A stretch of 64,000 nucleotides of DNA from contig OZ365109.1 of NCBI GenBank assembly GCA_977030845.1, positions 59,582,001 through 59,646,000 on the forward strand, given 5' to 3'. Source of the stretch: Fimbriosthenelais zetlandica (Eukaryota). The notes beneath the pieces are model-generated. The model was not told the DNA's origin and searched no databases. It saw nothing but the letters and a program-made list of their open reading frames with translations. Positions 42,001 through 51,950 of the stretch are shown here, piece by piece. Positions within the stretch are counted from its first letter, which is position 1, and each line of letters starts with the position of its first letter. Position numbers and translations under genes: made by a program.

Positions 42001-43736
42001 AGTTCAAATATCTAACACAGTGCCAGCACCACTATCCCCTCCCACACACTGACTGATGGAGGTATAACTATGATAGATCCCACACTCAATTTATTTATAT
42101 CCATTTCTGAATGATTTACTGTTGAGCACTGCTGTCCAATTATTTGATATTCCTCTTGTTGCATAAGTTCAATGAGCCGTCGCTGCATCTGTTATTTGAA
42201 GACTTGCATGACAATATTTGGGCAAGTTTGGGCTTCCAACGACAGAATACGCAACGAGAACGCAATAACCTAATACTGAAGATTAGCCATGGTAACTCCT
42301 ATAGAGTTATGTATAATAGCCTATATTGAATTCAAGGAAAGACTCATATAGTTTACTTCTTGAAAATTCAATGTTTTTCTCGTTCCAAAGGAAACCTCAT
42401 TGTTTTATACATTTATTCGGAAGTGGAGCAATGTCACTTAAAATGTATACAACATGTACTTTGAGGAAATATACATGTATGTATGCTAAATAAGAAATAA
42501 CCTCAGTCATTCAATTAAGCAATGCAGTAGGTGGTGCACGTTTGTCAGTGATGGGTCCAGGATGAGTGTGATGAGTTTGAACAAGATGGATAGCTTTAAT
42601 AAGAGATGATATATGTAGTAGTTCTGTCAACGACAGGAATATTAAGAACGTTCCCTCTACTCCCATGGGTCTACTCACATCGCTTACACAGAATACAGGT
42701 CCAGTAAACCTCCTACGCCAACCTCCCACTTAATTCCATGATGGCTAAAAGGTTGGAAGACCAATTCCTTATGTTCGTGAAATGCAATAACCTATACTTT
42801 ATGAGATTTATAATTAGGCCTACATTTAGACCTATACATGTATAATATGTGTTTTTCTTTTTTTAATTCTGGTACATTTCTTATTTGAATCCTCTTAATT
42901 CCTGTTGTGATGAAGTAACAACTTGCCTTAATTTTCAAATACTATTGCCTGCTATAAAGAGGATACACCATAGTCGTTCTAAAAATGGTAGGATAGACTA
43001 ATATAAATGTTAATTTATTTATAATCATTTCACAGAAGGGTACTGGGTACTAATCCTCCAATCCGTGTATCAGTACAAGGTGGTTTAAATATTGTGGAAT
43101 GTATCTGTAAGTCTTGAATTAATGGTGTCCATTGTAACATAGTGTTGGCCGTCTCGTATAGTCGACGGTCAAGAATCCAATATATCCTGGACGAGAGGAG
43201 TCTGACACGTGCCGAGGTACCTCCTACGCTGCAACTCGACAGGAAAAGGTCACATGGGTCAAATATCGAAAATGAGGCAAGCGGAAGTTGGGATGAACAA
43301 CGTGGATGAGGTCAAATATGGCGGCCCCCACATGAATGAACAGCCACTCTCTGCGGCTGTACAGATTGAGAATGCAACCTGTTGACATACCATGGGAGTT
43401 CCATGTTTGAATGGGTGAATGCCACATTATAGCCCCTCATCCTGTCACTAATGTACTGTCAGGCTCGCCATGGTGAAAGGCACCATTGCTTGGGTCTCAC
43501 ATGAGTCATCTTCTTCCTCCCTTTACTGACCTTTTAGGACCCCTCATTAAAGGAAACCTTAAAATACACTAACTAGGTCTGACACCTAAGGTCAGTAGCT
43601 TTTCCCTTATGACAAATACATTTGCATAATTGCACTCTTTGTCCTCCTTGACTAACTGATAGTGTTGAGAAGGAAATGACAAGGAACGTAGGGCTTTAGC
43701 TGCTTGTATGGCTGCCATTTCTTCATGTACAGCAAC

Positions 43737-43740
43737 TCTT
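43737..43740. repeat. Left target-site duplication TCTT
   Basis: The same 4-mer lies immediately after the 3' LTR at 47673-47676. Confidence 0.85.
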
Positions 43741-44815
43741 TGTAGAATCACGAATGATTCTAGGGTATGGAAAATGCCCAAAATGCCACATATTTTCCCA
43801 CATCTTGTGCACCCATCACGTTTCCCCGTTATATGATGGAGTCAAGGATTCTCATTAGCGGGGAGAGAACGTTAGAGGGGGGTGTATGGGATTTATCATC
43901 TGACACCTCGATAGCTGGACATCTGGAGGGGCGCATATCCTAATTAGATTATGCTAATGGGCGTCCCTCTTGGTGTGTGTGTCTATAGACGCTGGGAAAG
44001 TTTAAGTTTAAAAGTTAAAATTATTAATTCCTCCCTGGTATTGTGTATTATTTCAGCTATCATTATAATCATCTTTGTTTCCCCCTATATTGCAATAGGT
44101 TTTTCTAAATACCTTTTTATACATTGTTTCAATAGTTCTTTACAATCGATAAGTTTTAGGATGACATCATGTTTGTAATCATGTATGTAGGCCTACTTAC
44201 TTTTATTTATGTATCGTGTTTTGATTTTGTATCATTTATGTTTGTGTAAATGTTTTATTGTTTTACATGTAGATATGCATGTGCATCTACATGTATCAAC
44301 CACTTTTACTTCAACATTTTGTTTGTATGTGTGGATCTTATATTGTATACATGTAGGTAAAATGCCTGTGTATTGACGCTTGTAGTGACGTTCGATATTT
44401 GCTATGACATGTTTGTATGAATTAGGGATATGATATGTAACACCCAGATGTTCTAGCTGGTCAGTCAGGGATGGACCTGAGAAGGGGGTTCATGCCTGGG
44501 CAACGGTCAATATCTTATGGATAGTTCGCCAAGACCGTTGTAGGTGGCGTGGGTGTAGACCCCGGAAACCCCCATGTATCGGGCTCCCTGATTGGCTACG
44601 CTAGAGTTGACCACTAGAGGGTGCAACAGTCACCCACATCTGAATAAAAAGGGGTGAGAGTTTGCTATCGCTCTCTTGTCCCCGAGGCGCTCTTACCCTC
44701 TTGAGATCTTAACCAACTTAAACGAGACTTCTCTCATTCCTTCACTTTAATATTCTTAAAGTCGTGGGCCTCATGGACCCATAGAAATGGGGGACTAACA
44801 GTCCCAGACTTTACA
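43741..44815 (+). repeat. 5' LTR (1075 bp)
   Basis: Runs TGTAGAATCA...GACTTTACA. Line-by-line comparison with 46598-47672 showed no difference. The ORF track has the same 75-aa ORF at 43951 and 46808. Confidence 0.97.
44591..44654 (+). promoter_or_regulatory. LTR regulatory signals: inverted CCAAT box and AATAAAAAGGGG (TATA-like or poly(A) signal)
   Basis: ATTGG at 44591-44595 and AATAAA at 44643-44648, in the 3' third of the LTR. Both recur in the 3' LTR (+2857). Promoter versus poly(A) role cannot be resolved from sequence. Confidence 0.4.
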
Positions 44816-44833
44816 CTGACGACCTACGACGAG
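44816..44833 (+). other. Degenerate primer-binding site
   Basis: CTGACGACCTACGACGAG lies immediately after the 5' LTR. Without the 7-nt CTACGAC duplication it reads TGACGACGAG, 9/10 to TGGCGACGAG (complement of the metazoan tRNA-Ser(GCT) 3' end, recalled rather than searched). Confidence 0.45.
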
Positions 44834-44940
44834 ACTATTGCTGTCGCAAGATAGCAGGACTCCTGGAATGTGAAGTTCTGAGAAGCTCGGAGATTGCAGA
44901 TTGTCTCCCAACGATAGACCACGGCATGGACCAAGTTGAC

Positions 44941-45053
44941 CAGTGGATCTCGGCATCAACTTGTAGGGTAAGTGGCGACAATTTTGCAGGTTTGGTAGAC
45001 CCTGGCACCAACATGTTGTTCTTATTACTTCTTGATTTCTGGAGATTAGTATG
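44941..45053 (+). pseudogene. Possible aspartic-protease remnant inside the LTR element
   Basis: A stop-free frame reads QWISASTCRVSGDNFAGLVDPGTNMLF, resembling V.G...LVD(T/S)GA of retroelement proteases. The catalytic motif is altered to DPG. Confidence 0.3.
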
Positions 45054-45324
45054 ATGATTATGATGTGATTTCCGGGTAGATTCTAACTACATGGGTAATG
45101 TGGGGGAGTTGGAATGTGGTATTGGTAGTTTTTATTGATATTGATTGTGTGGTGCCTTGGGTTAAACCATTACTTGTGGATGAGCCACAAAACCTTTGCA
45201 TGTGATGTTCGGTTGACCACTAGGTTATGAGCTACTCAGGCCTCAGCAAACGATCATCGCCCTCCAGATGTGGCTGACGATGGACGGTCCTAATGACAGA
45301 GGGGCATGAGGTTGCACCTGTACA

Positions 45325-45741
45325 GTGGTAGTACTAGCGCGTGTGGATGGACATGGATGGGACATTCATGGTCCTCTCCTCCCCAGTTGGTACCTGGAAG
45401 GCCACGTGTTGTCTACCCAAGCTACACGTTCTCTTATTTCTAAGGTGGTAAGGGAAATGGGGAGTCAGAGTCCCCGAGATGTGCTGCCTCTATCGCCCTG
45501 GCTATGTGTCTCAGCCAATGATCAGAGCTGTGTAGGGATCGTTATTCAACATTATTCCGGGGTGAGGGCTACTGCACATGAAAATGTGGGGCTGGGGGAA
45601 GTGTGTCCCTCCTATTCCACGCTTCCCACAGACCCCCGCCTCATCCCCCGGGGTTTTGTTGTCTCCTCCAGTCTTTTCATGAGTCAAAAGGATGTACTCC
45701 GGTACGGCTGTCATGCTCTTTCTACATGTGTTTTCTATTGA
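45325..45741 (+). pseudogene. Possible integrase-core remnant inside the LTR element
   Basis: The 138-codon ORF contains RV...DIHGPLLPS, VLSTQATRS and SPRDVL, loosely echoing RV.xD..GPLP.S, YIL..DY.TR and G.PREIL of Gypsy rve domains. Very degenerate. Confidence 0.3.
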
Positions 45742-45888
45742 CCAACAATATATAACAAATGTGAACTATATCTAAATCTGCAAGTCTACAATAATAATGC
45801 ATCATGCAACTAGTGACAATGCTATTTTTACGATGCACTATGGACATTATACAGTGCCTTGGATGCCCCCGGTGACAATCTTTAAACC

Positions 45889-46011
45889 TTTCCATAAAAT
45901 ACGGACATTATGATATTATGGAAGGTGAATTATTCTTATTGTGTTTTTCTTATGTGTGTGTTGGCATTATCTTACTTTTCCATAAATTCGGACATTATGT
46001 ATATTATGGAA
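45889..46011 (+). repeat. Imperfect 35-bp direct repeat (2 copies), each an inverted repeat
   Basis: TTTCCATAAAATACGGACATTATGATATTATGGAA (45889-45923) and TTTCCATAAATTCGGACATTATGTATATTATGGAA (45977-46011). TTCCATAA/TTATGGAA arms in both. Confidence 0.85.
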
Positions 46012-46267
46012 CGCAAAAGTATTAATGTCAAAATATCTCTCTAATATAAGTGTGTACGGTTGTGCACAGGGCCTTATATTCTATGTGTGTTCTATTGGTG
46101 TATGTTTCGACTCGTTAAATATTGGAACCTGTTGCACAGTTCCATTCTTGAGCCGTGCCGATGGATCAACATGTTGAGGCATTTGGGCTAAATTCCATCG
46201 TGTCATATATTTTGTATTGTGTACGGATAGCCACATGGGCTTATTTTCTGATTGGTTAGTCTATTAG

Positions 46268-46542
46268 TAAAATGTCGTGTTGACGACAGTGCTGGTAAAG
46301 GCAGGGGCCTACCGTAAGCAATGTAGATTTAGGATTATGTTATACTCGTGTTTGAGGTTGCTCCACGTGTATATATGATCGATTAATTGCTTATTTTAAA
46401 ATGTTGTGTTGACAACAGTGCTAGTAAAGGCAGGGGCCTACTAGAACCATTGTAGAGTAAGTTTTGTGTTAACAAAACCTTACTATCTTGTGTTTAAATT
46501 GTTAATGTTGTACTTGTGTTTGAGCTTGCTCCACGGGTATAT
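46268..46542 (+). repeat. Imperfect tandem duplication in the 3' interior of the element
   Basis: A 45-bp block at 46268-46312 matches 46397-46441 with 3 mismatches. A second block TACT(C/T)GTGTTTGAG(G/C)TTGCTCCACG(T/G)GTATAT occurs at about 46343-46374 and 46511-46542. Confidence 0.9.
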
Positions 46543-46550
46543 TGCTACCT

Positions 46551-46597
46551 AAAAAAAAAAAAAAATAAAAAAAAATAAAAAAAAAGTGAGGAAGGTA
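46551..46597 (+). other. A-rich tract plus polypurine tract (plus-strand priming site)
   Basis: A15-T-A9-T-A9-GTGAGGAAGGTA directly abuts the TG of the 3' LTR. Confidence 0.8.
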
Positions 46598-47672
46598 TGT
46601 AGAATCACGAATGATTCTAGGGTATGGAAAATGCCCAAAATGCCACATATTTTCCCACATCTTGTGCACCCATCACGTTTCCCCGTTATATGATGGAGTC
46701 AAGGATTCTCATTAGCGGGGAGAGAACGTTAGAGGGGGGTGTATGGGATTTATCATCTGACACCTCGATAGCTGGACATCTGGAGGGGCGCATATCCTAA
46801 TTAGATTATGCTAATGGGCGTCCCTCTTGGTGTGTGTGTCTATAGACGCTGGGAAAGTTTAAGTTTAAAAGTTAAAATTATTAATTCCTCCCTGGTATTG
46901 TGTATTATTTCAGCTATCATTATAATCATCTTTGTTTCCCCCTATATTGCAATAGGTTTTTCTAAATACCTTTTTATACATTGTTTCAATAGTTCTTTAC
47001 AATCGATAAGTTTTAGGATGACATCATGTTTGTAATCATGTATGTAGGCCTACTTACTTTTATTTATGTATCGTGTTTTGATTTTGTATCATTTATGTTT
47101 GTGTAAATGTTTTATTGTTTTACATGTAGATATGCATGTGCATCTACATGTATCAACCACTTTTACTTCAACATTTTGTTTGTATGTGTGGATCTTATAT
47201 TGTATACATGTAGGTAAAATGCCTGTGTATTGACGCTTGTAGTGACGTTCGATATTTGCTATGACATGTTTGTATGAATTAGGGATATGATATGTAACAC
47301 CCAGATGTTCTAGCTGGTCAGTCAGGGATGGACCTGAGAAGGGGGTTCATGCCTGGGCAACGGTCAATATCTTATGGATAGTTCGCCAAGACCGTTGTAG
47401 GTGGCGTGGGTGTAGACCCCGGAAACCCCCATGTATCGGGCTCCCTGATTGGCTACGCTAGAGTTGACCACTAGAGGGTGCAACAGTCACCCACATCTGA
47501 ATAAAAAGGGGTGAGAGTTTGCTATCGCTCTCTTGTCCCCGAGGCGCTCTTACCCTCTTGAGATCTTAACCAACTTAAACGAGACTTCTCTCATTCCTTC
47601 ACTTTAATATTCTTAAAGTCGTGGGCCTCATGGACCCATAGAAATGGGGGACTAACAGTCCCAGACTTTACA
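46598..47672 (+). repeat. 3' LTR (1075 bp)
   Basis: Copy of 43741-44815, preceded by the PPT and followed by the TSD TCTT. Confidence 0.97.
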
Positions 47673-47676
47673 TCTT
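47673..47676. repeat. Right target-site duplication TCTT
   Basis: Matches 43737-43740. Confidence 0.85.
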
Positions 47677-49749
47677 GTTGTTGCCATTGCAATTGCCTCT
47701 GATGATATGATTACTCTGAGGAACTAATTAGAAAAATGATAAGTCTTTTATGGCATGCATCAAACGTTTAATCCTAAAACAATGTGATAATGCTGGTGGT
47801 GGAAAAGGAACTGGCTGAGGAACGTGACTGAGATAGTGTGTTTGTGGGTATACAAAAGAGGCTGTGTGATAAATGATGAGGCAGTGGGGTAATCACTTCA
47901 TAATGTGCAGTAGTGTTACGGTCATTAGGCAGCTGTGATGATCTAATGGTAGGGTGTGTGGGATCGGCATGCCATATCAGGCACGTAGGGCTGGGCTAAT
48001 GAGTCAACAGCCTGGCGTCACACATTTACCTTGCATTACTTTCCATCCTATATCATCATTCTACCTTAGAAAGAAAGGGAAGTGGGAGTGTCTTAGGCCC
48101 TTATGATATACTGCACCTTCACAGCCATATAACGAGTTGCTCCCCTCCCAATGATGAACACGATTCCTTCAGGCACCATCAGTGAAAAATGGCTCAATTC
48201 CTTTTAAATGTTTAAAGAACTTGGTGAACACAAGTGGCATGATTTACTTCTTCAACAGTTTTATGTTCGGTTTGCATGGCAACTGGCTCGGTAGAACATA
48301 TGATCTCTATCACTTATGTGAACATCTTGAAGCATGCAAAGGGGCCATTGTGTGATTACCTACTAAACCTATGAGTGAAACCCAGTCCACTTTAGCCCTT
48401 TAACCTCTCCTAAACTTATGAGCTCTGATAAACCCAATATACCACCATCTCAGACAGCCTACAGCCAAATTAGGTCAATATTCCCCTACTGGAATTTCAT
48501 ACACTTCTTATAGAACCCAATACAATGGCTGTTCTCCAGAAAAACAACAGGGGAGGTTTTTTTTAACATTTACCAGAGATGGACCTATGGGGAAATTGTG
48601 TGTATTTATGTTATTTCTTTTATCAAAAAGGCCCTGGGTTAGTGATCAGTGACTTGGTTCACGTTTGGTTTACCACATTTCAGTCAGGCTCCAGGACTTT
48701 GTATGTGTACTCAGGGTGAAACCTCCCAGAAATTGCCTTCATTTTCTCTCTGTGTGGCACTGACACGAACATGCCGTGTACATCCCTAGATTCACCCGGT
48801 GAAGTTTTGAATTAAAGGACATGTTTTTGGACATTGTATGTTGGCTGGCAAAGCACAAGGGGTCACACCCGCCATCCAATACAATGATTATAAAAAACTA
48901 TAATATAAACTTGCAATTGTAATGAAATACTATCTATAGGATTCCATTTGTAAAATGCGTTTGAGTTCCTACTAAATTTCAAATTTGCTCGCTGTTTTCT
49001 GTTGTTAGGCTACTAAAAAATTAATTATTAAAGTATGCAAATGCCTCTCAATATTCATGAATATAAAAATCATTCTGCCTTTATAGTTTCATCTAAATAA
49101 ACTTTACCTACTAATAAATTACGATCATAAAACGAATCTTCCTACGGTTTTAATTCCACTTGCCATGTTGGTGTATTTATAGCCAAGTTCGTGATGCGGA
49201 GAAACTACATTATTCATACATAGGAAAATTGTACTGAGAGGTCGGAATTTGGACTGAGCGGTCGGAATTTGTATTCACAAAGCTATCAGATGGTTAATTC
49301 CCTTGGGAAATATTTATGCCTTCTCTTAACATTGAAAGTCAACCTCCTTTTGTACATGATGGAGGACAGTCGTATAAGAGGCATCTAATAATATTTCCCT
49401 TCCTTTTTCATTGCAGGTATGTATATGCATCAATCATCCCCACTTGTGATGCTAGAGTAGCTTGACACAGGAGTGTCTCTGGTGGCCTGGGAAATGCACA
49501 TGTGTCAACGCTTTATACAGAAGAAAAAAGCCCAACAGTAAGTCGAAAATGGTGTCAGTAAAACCTAGCCTTGTTTGTTGTATGAGGGTAAATGATCTTT
49601 TTTTGGTCAGACAGATGCAGATGACAGCCATGGTTTGAATCCAAGGCTCATTTTATAATGGTGATGGAATGTGCTCCAAGAAGTAGTTAGGATAACATGG
49701 CTTTATTTCGAGGAGCTTTATCTTGTGTTCAAATAACACGTTCATGAGG

Positions 49750-50420
49750 ATTTTTGGATGATGCCTTCTTATATAATATTATCATGACACTGGTCATGTG
49801 ACAATTGGACCTGGGTTATAAATGCAAAGGAAGGTCTATAGCCGTTTGCCATTTGGCTCTGTATTTTAGTGTTTACAAGCCACCCAAAAAATCCCTCTCT
49901 GAAAAAAAGGCTTACAAAAGATACCAGGCATAACCTAGTAAATACTGGACCAAAGCCCATGGTCCTGTTTGCCTGGTCCTATCAGGTGCCTTTAAATTGC
50001 TTCCCACTATTTTTATTCATTGTTTTGTAACCCCCATTACGTCGGGGAAAATCTGGCAGAAAGAAGTTTGTCAGAATCCATTGGTTTAAAAGAAGGAAGC
50101 CCAAATTGGAGGAGACTTCAGAATCCACGGATTTTAGATTCAGACATTAAGAACAGCAACAAGTCCCAATTAGGAATCACAAATGGCAAAGCTATCAATT
50201 GATGCAGCGCAAATCAGTCGAGTACGTGACGATTGTTATTATGCAACATGGGTTCCATTGAAAGTTGGAAAACATGTAGTCCTGACTGTAAGGAAAATTT
50301 CATGGATATGCTGTTGTAAGATTCTGTTAACAATAGATTAGTGATGTTACAGAAATATTAGAAAAAAAACCTATGACAGTGCATGGAGGACAAAAAAATA
50401 TTAGGTTCACAGGTGCACTG
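49750..50420 (+). pseudogene. Eroded Ty3/Gypsy RT-RNase H fragment
   Basis: DFWMMP (~GFWQ.P), VYSRLPFG (RLPFG at 49843-49857), LSIDAA (DAA at 50201, ~DAS), CYYA (~VAYAS), ILEKKPM (~I..KPL). Spacing is much shortened. Confidence 0.45.
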
Positions 50421-51491
50421 CTGTCATTGTGCTGATTGCCATATGCTAGGGCAATCATAATAGTACGTATGTATGAGAATATAAACTTGTACTCGTCAAA
50501 GACCTATGGTCCAATCAGCTCTGACGGATGAGATGGCAACACATAAAATATAAATTAAACAGCTCCTTTTATCATTACCATTAGCACCATACATACTTTA
50601 TTATTAACACAGAAATAATGATACCTCAATTAAGCCTGCTTTTTGCACCATTCCATTCATTCCTTGTGAGAAATTATTCATTGAAGGAATCAATTGCTCC
50701 TATAGTACAAATGTGCAATGCAGAAATTCCCCCTGACTGAATTTAAGATATTTCTTACTTACTTTGTACCAATGAGTTAAATACAAACATCCCTAATCCG
50801 AACATCCCAAATTCTGAAGCGAAATATTTTTCGTCATGATATCACAGTTAATAAACACATCCCTGTAATTCTTTATCCAGAAAATTGGGACATCGTTTTG
50901 TGAATCATCTTGTAGAGAAACCGCCCGGGCTTCATTCACAGACGACCCATTTAGCAATGCAAAGACCTGCCCAGTAGTAAAGAGTACATCACACCACGAT
51001 ACAAAGGCAGGCCATTATGAAATGCCAAATGCACAGCTCGTATTACTGTGTTGGTAGACTGTGTGACCCTTACACTTAGGCCTGTCCATACAAACTATAT
51101 AAACCTTGAGCAATGGCAGAGAGTGGGAGAATAGTACCTGATTGCCCTGACGCTTCTATTCATAACAAACACTCTGTGGTGACAGATACATCGATCCCAT
51201 CCTTACCTTAAGGCCCTTAAAGATCTCTGTTTGGGTACACACAAAATATATGCTATGAACACCGAGAGTGAACACTCCAACGTAATCTCGGACAATCAAA
51301 CGAATTGGAAGGTCTTCTACAGAGTGTTCTCCTCTGGGAATACCTCATCTGTTTGCACATCTCTAATATGAGCATTGAACTTCGATACTTCAAAGAGGTA
51401 TCAGGAGAAGCGCGATAATGACAGGGTCGTAAGTGCAAGGGTAGCCTGGTACAAAGCCTGAAGCTCATACCATACTACTCACATTGTAATT

Positions 51492-51950
51492 GAGGAGGGG
51501 AAAAAGCCATTGTCGCCGTTTCCGCAGCTGAAAAGGCACGATGGGCGCTACAGGATATTGGGATCGATTCATGAAAATTGTGGATTAGATTTTGAAACGG
51601 AGTAGAATGTCAATAGCGCGATTGTTTGGAAACATGAAACGGGCAATACTGAAGATCACACAGTAAGGAAAAGCAAAGCCTTTGGTCATTATTTATAGGC
51701 TTCACCGCTGATTACAATATCTACGGAGGTTTTGGACCAATTAAGCGATCAATGTTCACCAAGGGTTACTGAGAATTTAAACTATTTGTCGGATGATTTC
51801 TAATCAAAATTAGTCTCAAAGGGTTCTGTTGGAACGCACTTAAACGTGGCCTTTGTAATCTCTGATTCATTGGGTGATGATCCTATTGGATCACGATGAG
51901 GATTATAATTGGATTTTGTATTTTATGTGTTCTGAACGCTTAGGACTCCT
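51492..51950 (+). pseudogene. Eroded DIRS/Ngaro-like RT fragment
   Basis: One frame with two stops: LSPF..LKRHDGRYRIL (~SP...PKK.G..R.I), KAFG...ASPLI (~LPFG..SSP.IF), NYLSDDF at 51780-51800 (~HYLDDF). Confidence 0.4.

Larger units (their letters stand above)
43741..47672 (+). mobile_element. Non-autonomous LTR retroelement (Ty3/Gypsy-like, LARD/large-TRIM type), recent insertion
   Basis: Two 1075-bp direct repeats (offset 2857) start TGTA and end TACA. TCTT flanks both ends (43737-43740, 47673-47676). A purine tract precedes the 3' LTR and a PBS-like sequence follows the 5' LTR. The 1782-bp interior has no intact pol ORF. Confidence 0.95.

Noticed and set aside
43951-44178. 75-aa hydrophobic ORF present twice (also 46808-47035)
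   Set aside because: It lies inside the LTR. The duplication simply reflects the LTR pair, and the hydrophobicity follows from T-rich sequence.
43569-47687. The reconstructed empty site gives a 60-aa minus-strand ORF (MATTRVAVHEEMAAIQAAKALRSL...) apparently disrupted by the insertion
   Set aside because: ORFs of 60 aa are abundant by chance here (well over a hundred in the track), and no family is recognisable.
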